From: Kiritimatiellia bacterium
Lineage (GTDB): Bacteria; Verrucomicrobiota; Kiritimatiellia; RFP12; UBA1067
Reading direction: 5' to 3'
Length of the DNA: 61,866 nucleotides
Assembly (NCBI GenBank): GCA_045628545.1
Contig: JAZQPI010000064.1
Location: 1-61,866, forward strand
The translations under genes were made by a program, and so were the position numbers. Positions within the stretch are counted from its first letter, which is position 1, and the number at the start of each line of letters is the position of its first letter. The notes below the pieces were generated by a model. That model searched no databases. It was not told the DNA's origin and saw nothing but the letters and a program-made list of their open reading frames with translations. This document shows, piece by piece, positions 44,665 through 54,172 of the stretch.

Positions 44665-47209
44665 ACCCACGACCAGAACTCACGATCCCTCCGCACGCCG
44701 TCCGCTCGCCTTCGGCTGGCTGCTGCTGCCGATCTCGCTCTTTCCGCTCGCCGCGCTCGTCTCCTACGACTGGCACGCCGTCGCCGCGCTCAACCTGCCG
44801 CCCGCGCCCAGCGCGAACTGGATCGGCGCCCTCGGCGACCTCTTCGCCTTCTGGGGCTACAAGTTAGTCGGCCTCGCGGTCTGGATCGTCCCCTTCTACT
44901 GTCTGATCGTCGGCTTGAACGGCGCGTTCGGACAGGAGCCGCGCCGCGGGCTCAAGCACCTGTGGATGCTCGTCTTCGTCTGCGCCGCCGCCTGTCTCAT
45001 CCAGCCGCTGAACGGGACCCCCGGCATGGAGGCGCTCAGGGCCAAGGTCAACACGGAGTCCTGCGGCGGAGTCGTCGGCTATCTGCTGATGTCGCGCGCG
45101 CTCGTCCCCTCGCTGGGCGCAGTCGGCGCGGTTGTCCTCGTCTCGCTGCTCGCCGCGGTCGCGCTGGTGGGGGCCATCGGGCCGCTGGCGATCCTTAACG
45201 CGCTGCGGGCCTGCTGGAACTGGTGTACCGCCGACCGCCCCCGTCCGTCCGCAGCGGCGGAAATCCCCGCGGCGTCCGGCGACGCGAACCCCTACGACTT
45301 CATCCTGCAGGCGAAGGAGGACGCGCGGCGCGAACGCGAGGCGGAGCGCGCGCGCATCCGCGAAGAAAAGGCCGCCGAAAAGGAGGCGAAACGGGCCGCC
45401 AAGGAGGCGGCGAAAGAAGCCGAACGCGCCGCGCGCGAAGCCGCCGCGGCCGCGCGAAACGCCCCGGCGCCGCTCACGGTCTCCCGGCCGGCGGTCCCGG
45501 CCGCGGTCTCCGCGCCGGTTGCCGCGGAGGAGGCGCCGGCGGCGGACAAGGGACCCTATCTGCTGCCGCCGGTCTCGCTGCTCAACCCCCTTTCCCGCTC
45601 GACGGCCGACCACGGCGATGTCAACGAGATGTCGCAGCGCATCATCAACACGCTCAAGATCTTCAACGTCGACGCCACGATGTGCGGCACGATCCAGGGG
45701 CCGGTCGTGACGAAGTACAAGATCCAGCTCGCCGTCGGCACGCGCTATTCGGCGGTGACGAACCTGACGACGGACCTCAAGGGCGCGCTGATGGCGAAGT
45801 CGCTGCGCATCGAGGCGCCCATTCCCGGCGACAGCGCCGTGGGCATCGAAGTGCCGAACCGCACGCCGGCGGGGATCTCCTTCCGGGAGATATTCGAGTC
45901 GGAGGCCTGGCGGAACTCGAAAGCCGAACTGCCGCTGCTGTTCGGCAAGCGGGCCGACGGACGCGAACTCGTCGCCGACCTCGCCTCGATGCCGCACATG
46001 CTCGTCGCCGGCGCGACCGGCCAGGGCAAGTCAGTCTGCCTCAACTCGCTCATCTGCGGACTCTTGATGACGCGCACGCCGGACGAGCTCAAGCTCATCA
46101 TGGTCGATCCGAAGTGCGTCGAGTTCACGCCCTACGCCGCGATCCCCCATCTGCTCGTGCCCGTCATCACCGACAACCGCAAGGTCGTCTTCTCGCTCCA
46201 CTGGGCCGTGGCCGAGATGGAGAAACGCCTCAAGCTCTTCGCGCGGGCGAAGGTGCGGAACATCTACGACTTCAACCACCGCAAAATGCTCACGCAGACG
46301 GACATGTTCGGCAACGACGAGCGCCTCGACGCCGACATGCCGCGGACCGTCCCCTACATCGTCATCATCATCGACGAGGCGGCCGACCTCATCGGCCAGT
46401 GCGGCAAGGAGGTCAATCCCGACATCCAGCGCATCACCCAGAAGGCCCGCGCCGCCGGCATCCACCTCATCCTCGCCACGCAGCGGCCGGACGCGAAGAT
46501 CATCACGGGCACGATCAAGGCCAACATCCCGGGCCGCGTCGCCTTCAAGACCTCGCAGGCCATCGACTCGCGGACCATCCTGGACGAGGCCGGCGCCGAG
46601 AACCTGATCGGACGCGGCGACATGCTCTTCCGCGGCAAGGACAACGTCCTCGTCCGCGCCCAGGGCGCCTGGATCTCCGACGACGAGATCGCCCGCGTCA
46701 CCCAGTTCATCGGCGAACACGCCGACACGCAGTTCGACGAGACTTTCGCCACCAAGCTCGGCCGCGTCAAGGAGGCGGCGATCGCCGATCCGTTCGCCGA
46801 CAACGAGGACGATCCGGACAACAACCAGGACGCCGCGACGGAAAACCGGCAGGCGGTGCGCGAGCAGGTGAAGGCGGCGGCTGACGCGGACGACTTCAAG
46901 AAGGCCGTCGAATGCATCATCAACACGCGCCGCGCCTCGACGAGCCACTTCCAGCGGCAGATGGGCTGGGGCTACAACCACGCGGCGAAGATCCTCGACC
47001 GCCTCACCGAGCGCGGCATCGTCTCCGCCCCGCAGGGGATGGGGCCGCGGCAGATCGTCATGGACCAGGACCAGCTGCTGGCGATTCTCAACGAAAACAC
47101 GTCCGCGTCCGCATCGGCCGAGCAGATCGCCGGAGCAGACGACGGCACACCCGAACCAACCGGCGAAGAGGACGCACCCTTCGCCACACCGGAGGAGAAC
47201 AACCTATGA
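44657..47209 (+). CDS. ftsK: DNA translocase FtsK/SpoIIIE
   Basis: N-terminal TM helices, charged linker, GATGQGKSV, IIDEAADL, and a gamma winged-helix at the C-terminus. Confidence 0.95.
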   Translation: MTEPTTRTHDPSARRPLAFGWLLLPISLFPLAALVSYDWHAVAALNLPPAPSANWIGALGDLFAFWGYKLVGLAVWIVPFYCLIVGLNGAFGQEPRRGLKHLWMLVFVCAAACLIQPLNGTPGMEALRAKVNTESCGGVVGYLLMSRALVPSLGAVGAVVLVSLLAAVALVGAIGPLAILNALRACWNWCTADRPRPSAAAEIPAASGDANPYDFILQAKEDARREREAERARIREEKAAEKEAKRAAKEAAKEAERAAREAAAAARNAPAPLTVSRPAVPAAVSAPVAAEEAPAADKGPYLLPPVSLLNPLSRSTADHGDVNEMSQRIINTLKIFNVDATMCGTIQGPVVTKYKIQLAVGTRYSAVTNLTTDLKGALMAKSLRIEAPIPGDSAVGIEVPNRTPAGISFREIFESEAWRNSKAELPLLFGKRADGRELVADLASMPHMLVAGATGQGKSVCLNSLICGLLMTRTPDELKLIMVDPKCVEFTPYAAIPHLLVPVITDNRKVVFSLHWAVAEMEKRLKLFARAKVRNIYDFNHRKMLTQTDMFGNDERLDADMPRTVPYIVIIIDEAADLIGQCGKEVNPDIQRITQKARAAGIHLILATQRPDAKIITGTIKANIPGRVAFKTSQAIDSRTILDEAGAENLIGRGDMLFRGKDNVLVRAQGAWISDDEIARVTQFIGEHADTQFDETFATKLGRVKEAAIADPFADNEDDPDNNQDAATENRQAVREQVKAAADADDFKKAVECIINTRRASTSHFQRQMGWGYNHAAKILDRLTERGIVSAPQGMGPRQIVMDQDQLLAILNENTSASASAEQIAGADDGTPEPTGEEDAPFATPEENNL

Positions 47210-47928
47210 TCGAACTGGGCAACACCCTGCGCGCCGCGCGCGAAGCCAAGGGCTACACCGCCAGCCAGGTGGCCGAAATGACCCGCCTGACGGTCCAGGT
47301 CATCGAAGCCCTCGAAGCCGAAGACTTCAAGACAATCGTCGCGCCGATCTACGGCCGGGGATTCGTCAAGCTCTATTGCGAAGCCGTCGGCATCGAGGAC
47401 GTGAAGTCCATGACGGACACGTTCACGGCCCTTTACAACCACTCGCGGGAGCAGCGCGCGCAAGAGCCAGTCCGCCCGGAACGCCGCGCTCCGAAATCGG
47501 CTGACCTCGGAGACCTGCTGCCCGGTCTGACGCCGGACGCGGCACCGGCCAAAACCGCAGTGCCGCCGGCCGCGCCGGCGAATCCGACGCCGGCCAGAGC
47601 CGCCGTGCCGCCGGCCGCACGGGCGAACCCTGCTCCGACGGCCCGGGCAACCACGCGTCCCGTCAAGCCGCCGACGGTCCCCTTCTGGCAGAAGCTCCCG
47701 CTCCGCCTTATCCTGGTCGGAGCCGTCGTCCTGCTCATCCTGGTCGTCTTCGTCTACAGCATCGTCGCGGCAGTCAAGGCCTGCCGGTCTGTCGGCGGTG
47801 ACTCGGCGGAAATCGCAGAAAAAGCCCCCGTGCAGCAAGAGGCGCGCGCCACGCCGGCAGCGGCGGAAGAGGACGCGGCCAAGCCGCCGCGCACGCCGCA
47901 GAAGATTCCCGACCTTTACATTGACTAA
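47206..47928 (+). CDS. RodZ-like HTH (HTH_25) membrane protein with Pro/Ala-rich linker
   Basis: LRAAREAKGYTASQVAEMTRL...ALEAEDF...YGRGFVKLYCEAVG, and a single TM helix near residue 190. ATGA overlap with ftsK. Confidence 0.7.
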   Translation: MIELGNTLRAAREAKGYTASQVAEMTRLTVQVIEALEAEDFKTIVAPIYGRGFVKLYCEAVGIEDVKSMTDTFTALYNHSREQRAQEPVRPERRAPKSADLGDLLPGLTPDAAPAKTAVPPAAPANPTPARAAVPPAARANPAPTARATTRPVKPPTVPFWQKLPLRLILVGAVVLLILVVFVYSIVAAVKACRSVGGDSAEIAEKAPVQQEARATPAAAEEDAAKPPRTPQKIPDLYID

Positions 47929-47965
47929 CCCCCAAAAAAACAACCAATCCGAAAGGACAAGTAAA

Positions 47966-48745
47966 ATGGAAGTAGTCATCTGCAAGACCAAGGAAGAGGC
48001 GTCGAAGCTCGCCGCCGCCATGATCACCGAAGCCGTCCGGAAGAACCCCAAGACGGTCCTCGGACTCGCCACCGGCTCGACGCCCGTGCTCATGTACTCC
48101 GAGATGGCCAAGGCCGTCAAGGCCAAGAAGGTCAGCTACAAGCAGGTCAAGAGCTGGAACCTTGACGAATACGTCGGCCTTCCGGGCACGCACGACCAGA
48201 GCTACCGTTACTTCATGAACGAGAACCTGTTCAAGAAGATCGACATCAAGCTCGCCAACACCCACGTCCTCAACGGCATGGCGAAGGATCCCGAGAAGGA
48301 GTGCAAGGCGTACGAGGCCCAGATCAAGAAGGCCGGCGGCATCGACATCCAGGTCCTCGGCATCGGCTCCGACGGCCACATCGCCTTCAACGAGCCGGGC
48401 ACCTCCCTCAAGAGCCGCACGTCGGTCGTCTACCTGACGCCGTCGACGATCAAGGACAACGCCAGACTTTTCTTCAAGGGCAAGGAGAAAGAGGTTCCGA
48501 CGCGCGCCCTGTCGATGGGCGTCGGCACGATCTGCGAGGCGAAGAAGATCATCCTGCTCGCCTTCGGAGAGAACAAGCAGAACGCCATCCAGGGCTGCGT
48601 CGAAGGCCCCATGAGCCAGTTCTGCACGGCCTCCGCCCTGCAGGCCCACAACGACGCGTGGATCTTCTGCGACGAGGCGGCGGCGAAGAAGCTCAAGCTC
48701 CGCAAGTACTACGCCTGGCGCAGCGCGACGAAACTGGGGCTCTGA
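47966..48745 (+). CDS. nagB: Glucosamine-6-phosphate deaminase
   Basis: LGLATGSTP, NLDEYVGL, GIGSDGHIAFNEPG. Confidence 0.95.
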   Translation: MEVVICKTKEEASKLAAAMITEAVRKNPKTVLGLATGSTPVLMYSEMAKAVKAKKVSYKQVKSWNLDEYVGLPGTHDQSYRYFMNENLFKKIDIKLANTHVLNGMAKDPEKECKAYEAQIKKAGGIDIQVLGIGSDGHIAFNEPGTSLKSRTSVVYLTPSTIKDNARLFFKGKEKEVPTRALSMGVGTICEAKKIILLAFGENKQNAIQGCVEGPMSQFCTASALQAHNDAWIFCDEAAAKKLKLRKYYAWRSATKLGL

Positions 48746-48747
48746 CG

Positions 48748-48987
48748 ATGGACGCCAAGGACATCGGGTTCGTCAGCTTCACGTGTGCGCACTGCCACAC
48801 GGAAATCGAAGCTTCGTCGGACATGGTCGGGCAGGAAGCCGAGTGCCCCGCCTGCGGGATGAAGTTCACCGTTCCGGACGGCACCTCCAAAGTGGACGAT
48901 GCCGTCCGGCACACGGCGGAAGACGACAACTCGCGGACGCAGGCCATCAAGAGCCGCACGATCCGCATCGAGCTGGGAGACCTGTGA
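48748..48987 (+). CDS. Small zinc-ribbon protein (CxxC...CxxC)
   Basis: FTCAHCHTEIEASSDMVGQEAECPACGMKFTVP. 79 aa. Confidence 0.6.
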   Translation: MDAKDIGFVSFTCAHCHTEIEASSDMVGQEAECPACGMKFTVPDGTSKVDDAVRHTAEDDNSRTQAIKSRTIRIELGDL

Positions 48988-50036
48988 GCAAAAAACGCCG
49001 CCCCCCCCGCCACGGCCGGACGGCCAAGGCGACCCCGGTCCGTCGATTCCTTCGATGGGCTGGGGCGGGGCTGCTTCTGGTCTTCTGCGCATACGCCGCG
49101 CTGGGCGTGTGGTTCGTCCACCATCCGCGCAAGTGGTTTGCGGAAGCAGAACGCGCCTATCCGTCTTTCGTGACGCGGCCGCTCTACTGGATCGGCAATC
49201 CGCTCGGCGACTTGACGGACGCGCTGAACCTGACCGGACACGACGCGGTCTACGAATTTGACGAGGAAGCGCCGGAGGGATCGGTCCTCTTCGCCGGCGC
49301 GCCGCGCCGCGTAGGCGTCCCGGCGCCGCACGACATCCGGATCATCGACCGCGGCGAATTTGTCATCGGCTGGTCGGAGTCGCTCCGGCATCCGGTCTGG
49401 TGCGCTTACCACGTCGTCAGCGAAGGCAAGCATCAGCTCGGCAAACGGCCGAACTTCAAGCGCGACAAGGAGGCGAATCAGTGTCCCGGCGCCTCCGCCT
49501 ACGAGCGCAGCGGCTACGACCGCGGACACATGGTGCCGAATTTCGCGATCGGCACGCGCTACGGCGACGAAATGCGCCGGGCGACCTTTCTGATGAGCAA
49601 CATCGCGCCGCAGACCCCCGCGCTCAACCGCGGCGTCTGGCGGGATGTCGAGCACCGCATCGCCGAACTCTGGACGGCGCGCTATGGCGAGATCTGGGTA
49701 ATCGTCGGCTGCATATCGCCTACCGCCAATCACGAAACGCTAAGCGGGACGGACGTTGACGTGCCGACCCAGTTCTACCAGATCATCGTCGCGCAGGAGG
49801 GAATGGACGTCCGGGCGCAGGCCGTGGTCTTTCCGCAGAACGTGCCCTGGAACGCCTGGCCGACGCGCAACCTCATTACCATTGACGAGTTGGAGACGCT
49901 GACGGGGCTGGACTTCCTGCCGGAGCTGCCCAGCTTCATTCAGGATCCGCTGGAGGCGGAACTGCCGTCCCGCCTGTGGCCGATCCGCAAACGCGACATC
50001 TTCAAGCAGATCGCGATCCGCTACTTTTACGACTGA
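48984..50036 (+). CDS. Membrane-anchored DNA/RNA non-specific endonuclease (Serratia NucA/EndoG family)
   Basis: DRGHMVPN active-site motif, NIAPQ, and the N-terminal TM helix AGAGLLLVFCAYAALGVWFV. GTG start in a GTGA overlap with the preceding gene. There is no in-frame ATG before the TM helix. Confidence 0.8.
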   Translation: MSKKRRPPRHGRTAKATPVRRFLRWAGAGLLLVFCAYAALGVWFVHHPRKWFAEAERAYPSFVTRPLYWIGNPLGDLTDALNLTGHDAVYEFDEEAPEGSVLFAGAPRRVGVPAPHDIRIIDRGEFVIGWSESLRHPVWCAYHVVSEGKHQLGKRPNFKRDKEANQCPGASAYERSGYDRGHMVPNFAIGTRYGDEMRRATFLMSNIAPQTPALNRGVWRDVEHRIAELWTARYGEIWVIVGCISPTANHETLSGTDVDVPTQFYQIIVAQEGMDVRAQAVVFPQNVPWNAWPTRNLITIDELETLTGLDFLPELPSFIQDPLEAELPSRLWPIRKRDIFKQIAIRYFYD

Positions 50037-50092
50037 GTGCCGCAAGTAGAACCGCATCAATTTGCGGCGGTCATATGTGCGCGGCGCGGCCC

Positions 50093-50785
50093 TTAACGGG
50101 CCAGCCAGCCGCCGTCAACGGGAATGATCGCGCCGTGGATATACGCCGCCGCGGGCGAGCAGAGGAAGACGCACGCGCCGGCGATATCCGACGCCTCGCC
50201 CCAGCGGCCCGCCGGGATGCGCTCGAGGATCTGACGCGAACGGACCGGATCCGCCCTGAGCGCGGCGGTGTTGTCCGTCGCGATGTAGCCGGGCGCGATG
50301 CCGTTGACATTGACGCCCTTCGAGGACCACTCGTTCGCGAGCGCCTTCACGAGCTGACCGACCGCACCCTTCGATGCCGCGTAACCGGGCACGGTGATGC
50401 CGCCTTGGAACGTGAGCAGCGAGCAGGTGAAGACGATCTTGCCCCAGCCGCGCGCAACCATGTCCTTGCCGAACTCGCGCGCCAGCGTGAACTGCGAATT
50501 GAGGTTCACGTTGATGACCTTGTCCCAGTATTCGTCGGGATGCTCGGCCGCGGGCTTGCGGAGAATCGTCCCCGCGTTGTTCACGAGGATGTCGATCTGA
50601 TGCTCCTTCTTAATGCGCTCGATGAACGCATAGACCGCATTGCGGTCGGAGAGGTCGCAATCCTTCGAGCAGGTGCGGATGACTTTCGCGCCCGCTTCCT
50701 CAAGTGCGTCCGCCATCGCCTTGCCAATGCCGCGGTTGGAGCCGGTCACCAGCGCCGTCTTGCCAGTCAAATCGTAAGTGATCAT
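50093..50785 (-). CDS. kduD: 2-dehydro-3-deoxy-D-gluconate 5-dehydrogenase (SDR)
   Basis: ALVTGSNRGIG, ILVNNAG, YAASK, and the C-terminus VDGGWLAR as I recall for E. coli KduD. Confidence 0.88.
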   Translation of the reverse strand: MITYDLTGKTALVTGSNRGIGKAMADALEEAGAKVIRTCSKDCDLSDRNAVYAFIERIKKEHQIDILVNNAGTILRKPAAEHPDEYWDKVINVNLNSQFTLAREFGKDMVARGWGKIVFTCSLLTFQGGITVPGYAASKGAVGQLVKALANEWSSKGVNVNGIAPGYIATDNTAALRADPVRSRQILERIPAGRWGEASDIAGACVFLCSPAAAYIHGAIIPVDGGWLAR

Positions 50786-50790
50786 AGGGA

Positions 50791-50816
50791 ATTGTTTGAT
50801 TGTTTGGATTGTTTGG
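50791..50816 (-). repeat. Three tandem CAAACAAT(C) units in the kduD 5' UTR, ending 5 nt before the ATG
   Basis: Plus strand attgtttg / attgtttgg / attgtttgg. No Shine-Dalgarno between the repeats and the ATG. Confidence 0.8.
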
Positions 50817-50833
50817 AAATTAGCCCGCCTCTG

Positions 50834-51775
50834 TCAGCGCATTGCGCTGACAGGCACCTTGTCCATGTCGCCGTAGTTCAGGTTCTCGCCGCCCATGCCC
50901 CAGATGAACATGTAGTTCGAGGTGCCCGCGGCGGAATGTACCGACCACTCGGGCGCGGTGATCGCCTGTTCGTTGTGGAGCCACACGAGCCGCTGCTCCT
51001 GCGGCTGGCCCATCTGATGGCAAATCGCCTGCCCTTCCGGCACGTTAAAGTAGTAGTACGCCTCCATACGGCGGTTGTGGACGTGCTGCGGCATCGTGTT
51101 CCAGACGCTGCCCGGCTTCAGCTCAGTCAGGCCCATCTGCAGCTGGTTGCAGCCGCCGCCCGGAACCTGCGAAAGGACCGGCGCAACGATCAGCTGGTTA
51201 ATGACGCGGTCGTTCGACTCCTCCATCTTGCCCGCCTTGATGAACTTGCCGATCGTGTAGCCCGGCTTCTTGCAGGACTGGTCGCTGGTAATGCGCTGCG
51301 TCACGAACTCCTTGTGCGCGGGCGTCGAGTTGAGGTAGAACTTCGCGGGGTTCTTCGCGTCGAGCGACTTGAAGCTCACGAGCTTCTTGCCGCAGCCGAC
51401 ATAGAGAGCCTCCTTGAACTCAAGCGGATAAACCTCTTCCTTCCACTGTTCGCCTTCGCCTTTCACCTTCACCTTGACTTCGCCCGGTCCGCCGACGTTG
51501 ATGACGCCGAGTTCGCGGCGTTCGAGGAAATAGTCGGCCTTGAGTTCGACGAAGGTGTCGAGCGTCAGCTCCTTTTCGACCGGCATCGCTCCGCCGTAGA
51601 TAAGGCGGTCGTACATCGTGTAGGTGACGTTGATCTGGTCGGGCTCCATCACCTTCTCCATCACGAACCGCTCGCGCAGTTTCGCAGTGTCATAGGTCTT
51701 CATGTCATCGGGATGACAGGCCGTCTGAACGGTGAAGTTTACGGTGGTCGCCAGCAGGAGGGTCAGTATGCTCAT
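50834..51775 (-). CDS. kduI: 5-dehydro-4-deoxy-D-glucuronate isomerase
   Basis: [47 protein letters not shown]...WSVHS, FIWGM. Alternative start at 51703. Confidence 0.9.
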   Translation of the reverse strand: MSILTLLLATTVNFTVQTACHPDDMKTYDTAKLRERFVMEKVMEPDQINVTYTMYDRLIYGGAMPVEKELTLDTFVELKADYFLERRELGVINVGGPGEVKVKVKGEGEQWKEEVYPLEFKEALYVGCGKKLVSFKSLDAKNPAKFYLNSTPAHKEFVTQRITSDQSCKKPGYTIGKFIKAGKMEESNDRVINQLIVAPVLSQVPGGGCNQLQMGLTELKPGSVWNTMPQHVHNRRMEAYYYFNVPEGQAICHQMGQPQEQRLVWLHNEQAITAPEWSVHSAAGTSNYMFIWGMGGENLNYGDMDKVPVSAMR

Positions 51776-51776
51776 T

Positions 51777-52619
51777 TTATTTTATTCCTTTCTTGAAATT
51801 TTTCACGAGGTCGTGCCAGGCCTCGGCCGTCGTCACCTCGCCCGCAGACGACCAGGCCGCGCCGGCCCAGTAGGTGAAGCGCTGACGGCCGCGGAACGCG
51901 AGCACGCGGCAGTTCAGATGGTCGGTCTTCATCTCGACCGTCTCGCCGGGCGCGACGAAAAGCGCCGTCATGGTCGAGCCTTCCACGCCCTGCTCGCCCT
52001 TGGGGTCCTCGAAAAGCGAGACGAGGCCGGACTCTTCGACGAGCGAGCCCTTGTGATCGCGCTTCGGCTCGAGGTCGAACCCCGGACCGGCGAGGAAATT
52101 CTGCGGCATGGCCCTTTCGAAAGAGACGTCGTTGCGGAAGAACCGTTCGCCGCGCTTGAGGGTGATATGGTAAGTCATCTTGCCCGCCGCGCAGAACGAG
52201 GGGTAGACGAGCTCGAACTCGAGATAGTCGTCGCCCGTGTGGATGATGCGCGAGGACTCCCAGCTCGGATAGGTCTTCCATTCTCCGTCGCCGAAAACCG
52301 CAACCGCGCCGACGCCGCGCGAGGCGCCCATCGTGTAGTTGTCCATCCCCGTGCCGCGGTCGTCGTGGAAGTTCGGATGCTCGAAGAAGTTGCTCGTCGC
52401 CGGATCTTCCAACCAGGCGATGCAGCTCGTGCCCGCGCCGCGCTTGTTGAAGACGTCGAGCCCCGACCAGCGGTGGTATTCGGTCGGTCCGTAGGCGTAC
52501 ATGCCGAACTTGTCGTTCTCCCAGGCGAGACAGTTGCCGACATTCGGACACACCGCCGCGTTGCAAACGGGGCGGACCGCCGATGTCGCCGTGACCAGTG
52601 CCAGTAGAAGTAGATTCAT
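51777..52619 (-). CDS. Secreted protein, DUF4861-like (family commonly linked to kduI in pectin loci)
   Basis: Signal peptide [28 protein letters not shown]...SGLDVFNKR matches my recollection of the family. Confidence 0.5.
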   Translation of the reverse strand: MNLLLLALVTATSAVRPVCNAAVCPNVGNCLAWENDKFGMYAYGPTEYHRWSGLDVFNKRGAGTSCIAWLEDPATSNFFEHPNFHDDRGTGMDNYTMGASRGVGAVAVFGDGEWKTYPSWESSRIIHTGDDYLEFELVYPSFCAAGKMTYHITLKRGERFFRNDVSFERAMPQNFLAGPGFDLEPKRDHKGSLVEESGLVSLFEDPKGEQGVEGSTMTALFVAPGETVEMKTDHLNCRVLAFRGRQRFTYWAGAAWSSAGEVTTAEAWHDLVKNFKKGIK

Positions 52620-52651
52620 CGCTACCTATTATACCATTTTTCCGCGCCGCG

Positions 52652-54043
52652 TCATGCGCTCCGGTGAAGCCGCCGCCAGTTGACCGCGCACATGCCGAGC
52701 GCCAGCAGCCCGGCCCCGGCCGCGCCGGCCCACTTGAGCGTCACCGTCAGGTGGTAGGTGACAAAGCACCAGAACGCCGACGCGAAGTCTAAGGCCGCGC
52801 CGCCCTCGAACCCTGCGGGAACCGTAATGCCGTCGCAGTTCGCCGCTTGAATCGCCTTGGTGAACGCCGGCGTCAGGTTGGTGACGAAATAGAGCCCGCA
52901 CACCAGCGCGACCAGTCCGATGATAAACGTCTTGAGCACATTGCCCTTCGTAATCGGCAGCACGCACGGGAAGAGATAGAACATCCCCGCCAGCGAGGCG
53001 AGCGGCAGGAACTTGTTCCCCGGCAGCACGACCGACAGAAAGAGGATGACCGGAATAAGCAGAATCGAAACGACCAGCGTCGTCGGATGCCCGATCACCA
53101 GCGCCGGACTCATGCCGATCGAGAACACGATCTTGCGTGCCCCGTCCGCCGCGCCTTCCCCGCCGAACCGCCGCGAAAGCTTCTCCTGCACGGACTGGCA
53201 GATCGGCTTCAGGCCTTCAATGAACAGCGAGGTGATGCGCGGAATCAGCTCCATCACCGCGCCGACCGTCACTCCCAGCTTCAGAATCGACGGCACCGCG
53301 TCGACCACGCCCTGCCAGCTGTCGCACCGGAGCGCCCCGATGCCGCAGCCGATGATGACGCCCAGAAAGAGCGGCTCGCCCAGCAGCCCGAACTTGCGCT
53401 TCATCCCCTCGGCGTCGATCGTGAGCCGGTCGAAGCCGGGGATGCGGTCCAGCAGCCACCCGATCACGACCGCAAACGGCGTGAAGCTCTGACAGAACGG
53501 CTGCGGAATCGAAATGCCCTCCATGTCCTTGTAGTAGGACTGAAACCCCTTCGCGGTGAAATCCGCCATGCAGAGCGTAATCACGTAAAGGACGATCGCC
53601 GCGTAAAACGCCCAGGCGAGCGACCCCGTCGCATAATAGACCATCGCCCCGAGAAACGCGAAGTGCCAGTAGTTCCAGAGGTCGATGTTCACGGTCCGCG
53701 TCGTGCCCGTGAGGAGCATGACCACGTTGACGCCCAGGCACACCGGAATGATGAACGCCCCGACCGCGCACGAATACGCGACCGCCGCCGCCGCCGGCCA
53801 GCCGAGGTCGAAGAACGGCAGGTTGAGGTGGTAGAGTTCGGTCATCCCCTTCAGCGCCGGACCGAGATTCGACGTCAGCAGCGCCGTGACGACGCCAAGT
53901 CCGACAAAGCCGACGCCGACCAGCAGCCCCGACTTGAGCGCCTTAGTCAGCTTGACGCCGACACACACTCCGAGCACCGTGAAGATCACGGGCATCATCA
54001 CCGACGCCCCGAGTCCGATTACATATGCAAACGCTTCCTTCAT
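52652..54043 (-). CDS. PTS EIIC-type permease of the galactitol (GatC/SgcC) family, with no EIIA/EIIB nearby
   Basis: Collinear with my recollection of E. coli GatC (VMMPVIFTVLG..., GWPAAAAVAYS, NIDLWNYWHF, FGEPLFLG). The ATG at 54043 with SD ggagg is preferred over the TTG at 54046. Confidence 0.85.
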   Translation of the reverse strand: MKEAFAYVIGLGASVMMPVIFTVLGVCVGVKLTKALKSGLLVGVGFVGLGVVTALLTSNLGPALKGMTELYHLNLPFFDLGWPAAAAVAYSCAVGAFIIPVCLGVNVVMLLTGTTRTVNIDLWNYWHFAFLGAMVYYATGSLAWAFYAAIVLYVITLCMADFTAKGFQSYYKDMEGISIPQPFCQSFTPFAVVIGWLLDRIPGFDRLTIDAEGMKRKFGLLGEPLFLGVIIGCGIGALRCDSWQGVVDAVPSILKLGVTVGAVMELIPRITSLFIEGLKPICQSVQEKLSRRFGGEGAADGARKIVFSIGMSPALVIGHPTTLVVSILLIPVILFLSVVLPGNKFLPLASLAGMFYLFPCVLPITKGNVLKTFIIGLVALVCGLYFVTNLTPAFTKAIQAANCDGITVPAGFEGGAALDFASAFWCFVTYHLTVTLKWAGAAGAGLLALGMCAVNWRRLHRSA

Positions 54044-54109
54044 CAATTACCTCCAATTCATATTTTGCGCCCCGTCTTCCGGCAAGAGCCACACGAAATT
54101 TCACGACCT

Positions 54110-54139
54110 ACTATAGCAATTATCAAATGATTTTATCAA
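54110..54139 (-). promoter_or_regulatory. Candidate promoter for the EIIC-DUF4861-kduI-kduD array (-35 TTGATA, 18 nt, -10 TATAGT)
   Basis: Read on the minus strand. Flanked by two 10-bp direct repeats tcaaaccttc (54136-54145 and 54155-54164). Confidence 0.35.
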
Positions 54140-54172
54140 ACCTTCGGCACCCCGTCAAACCTTCTGCCCCAG

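Noticed and set aside
52652-54043. A complete PTS system
   Set aside because: Only the EIIC component is present. Calling a phosphotransferase system from this window is not justified.
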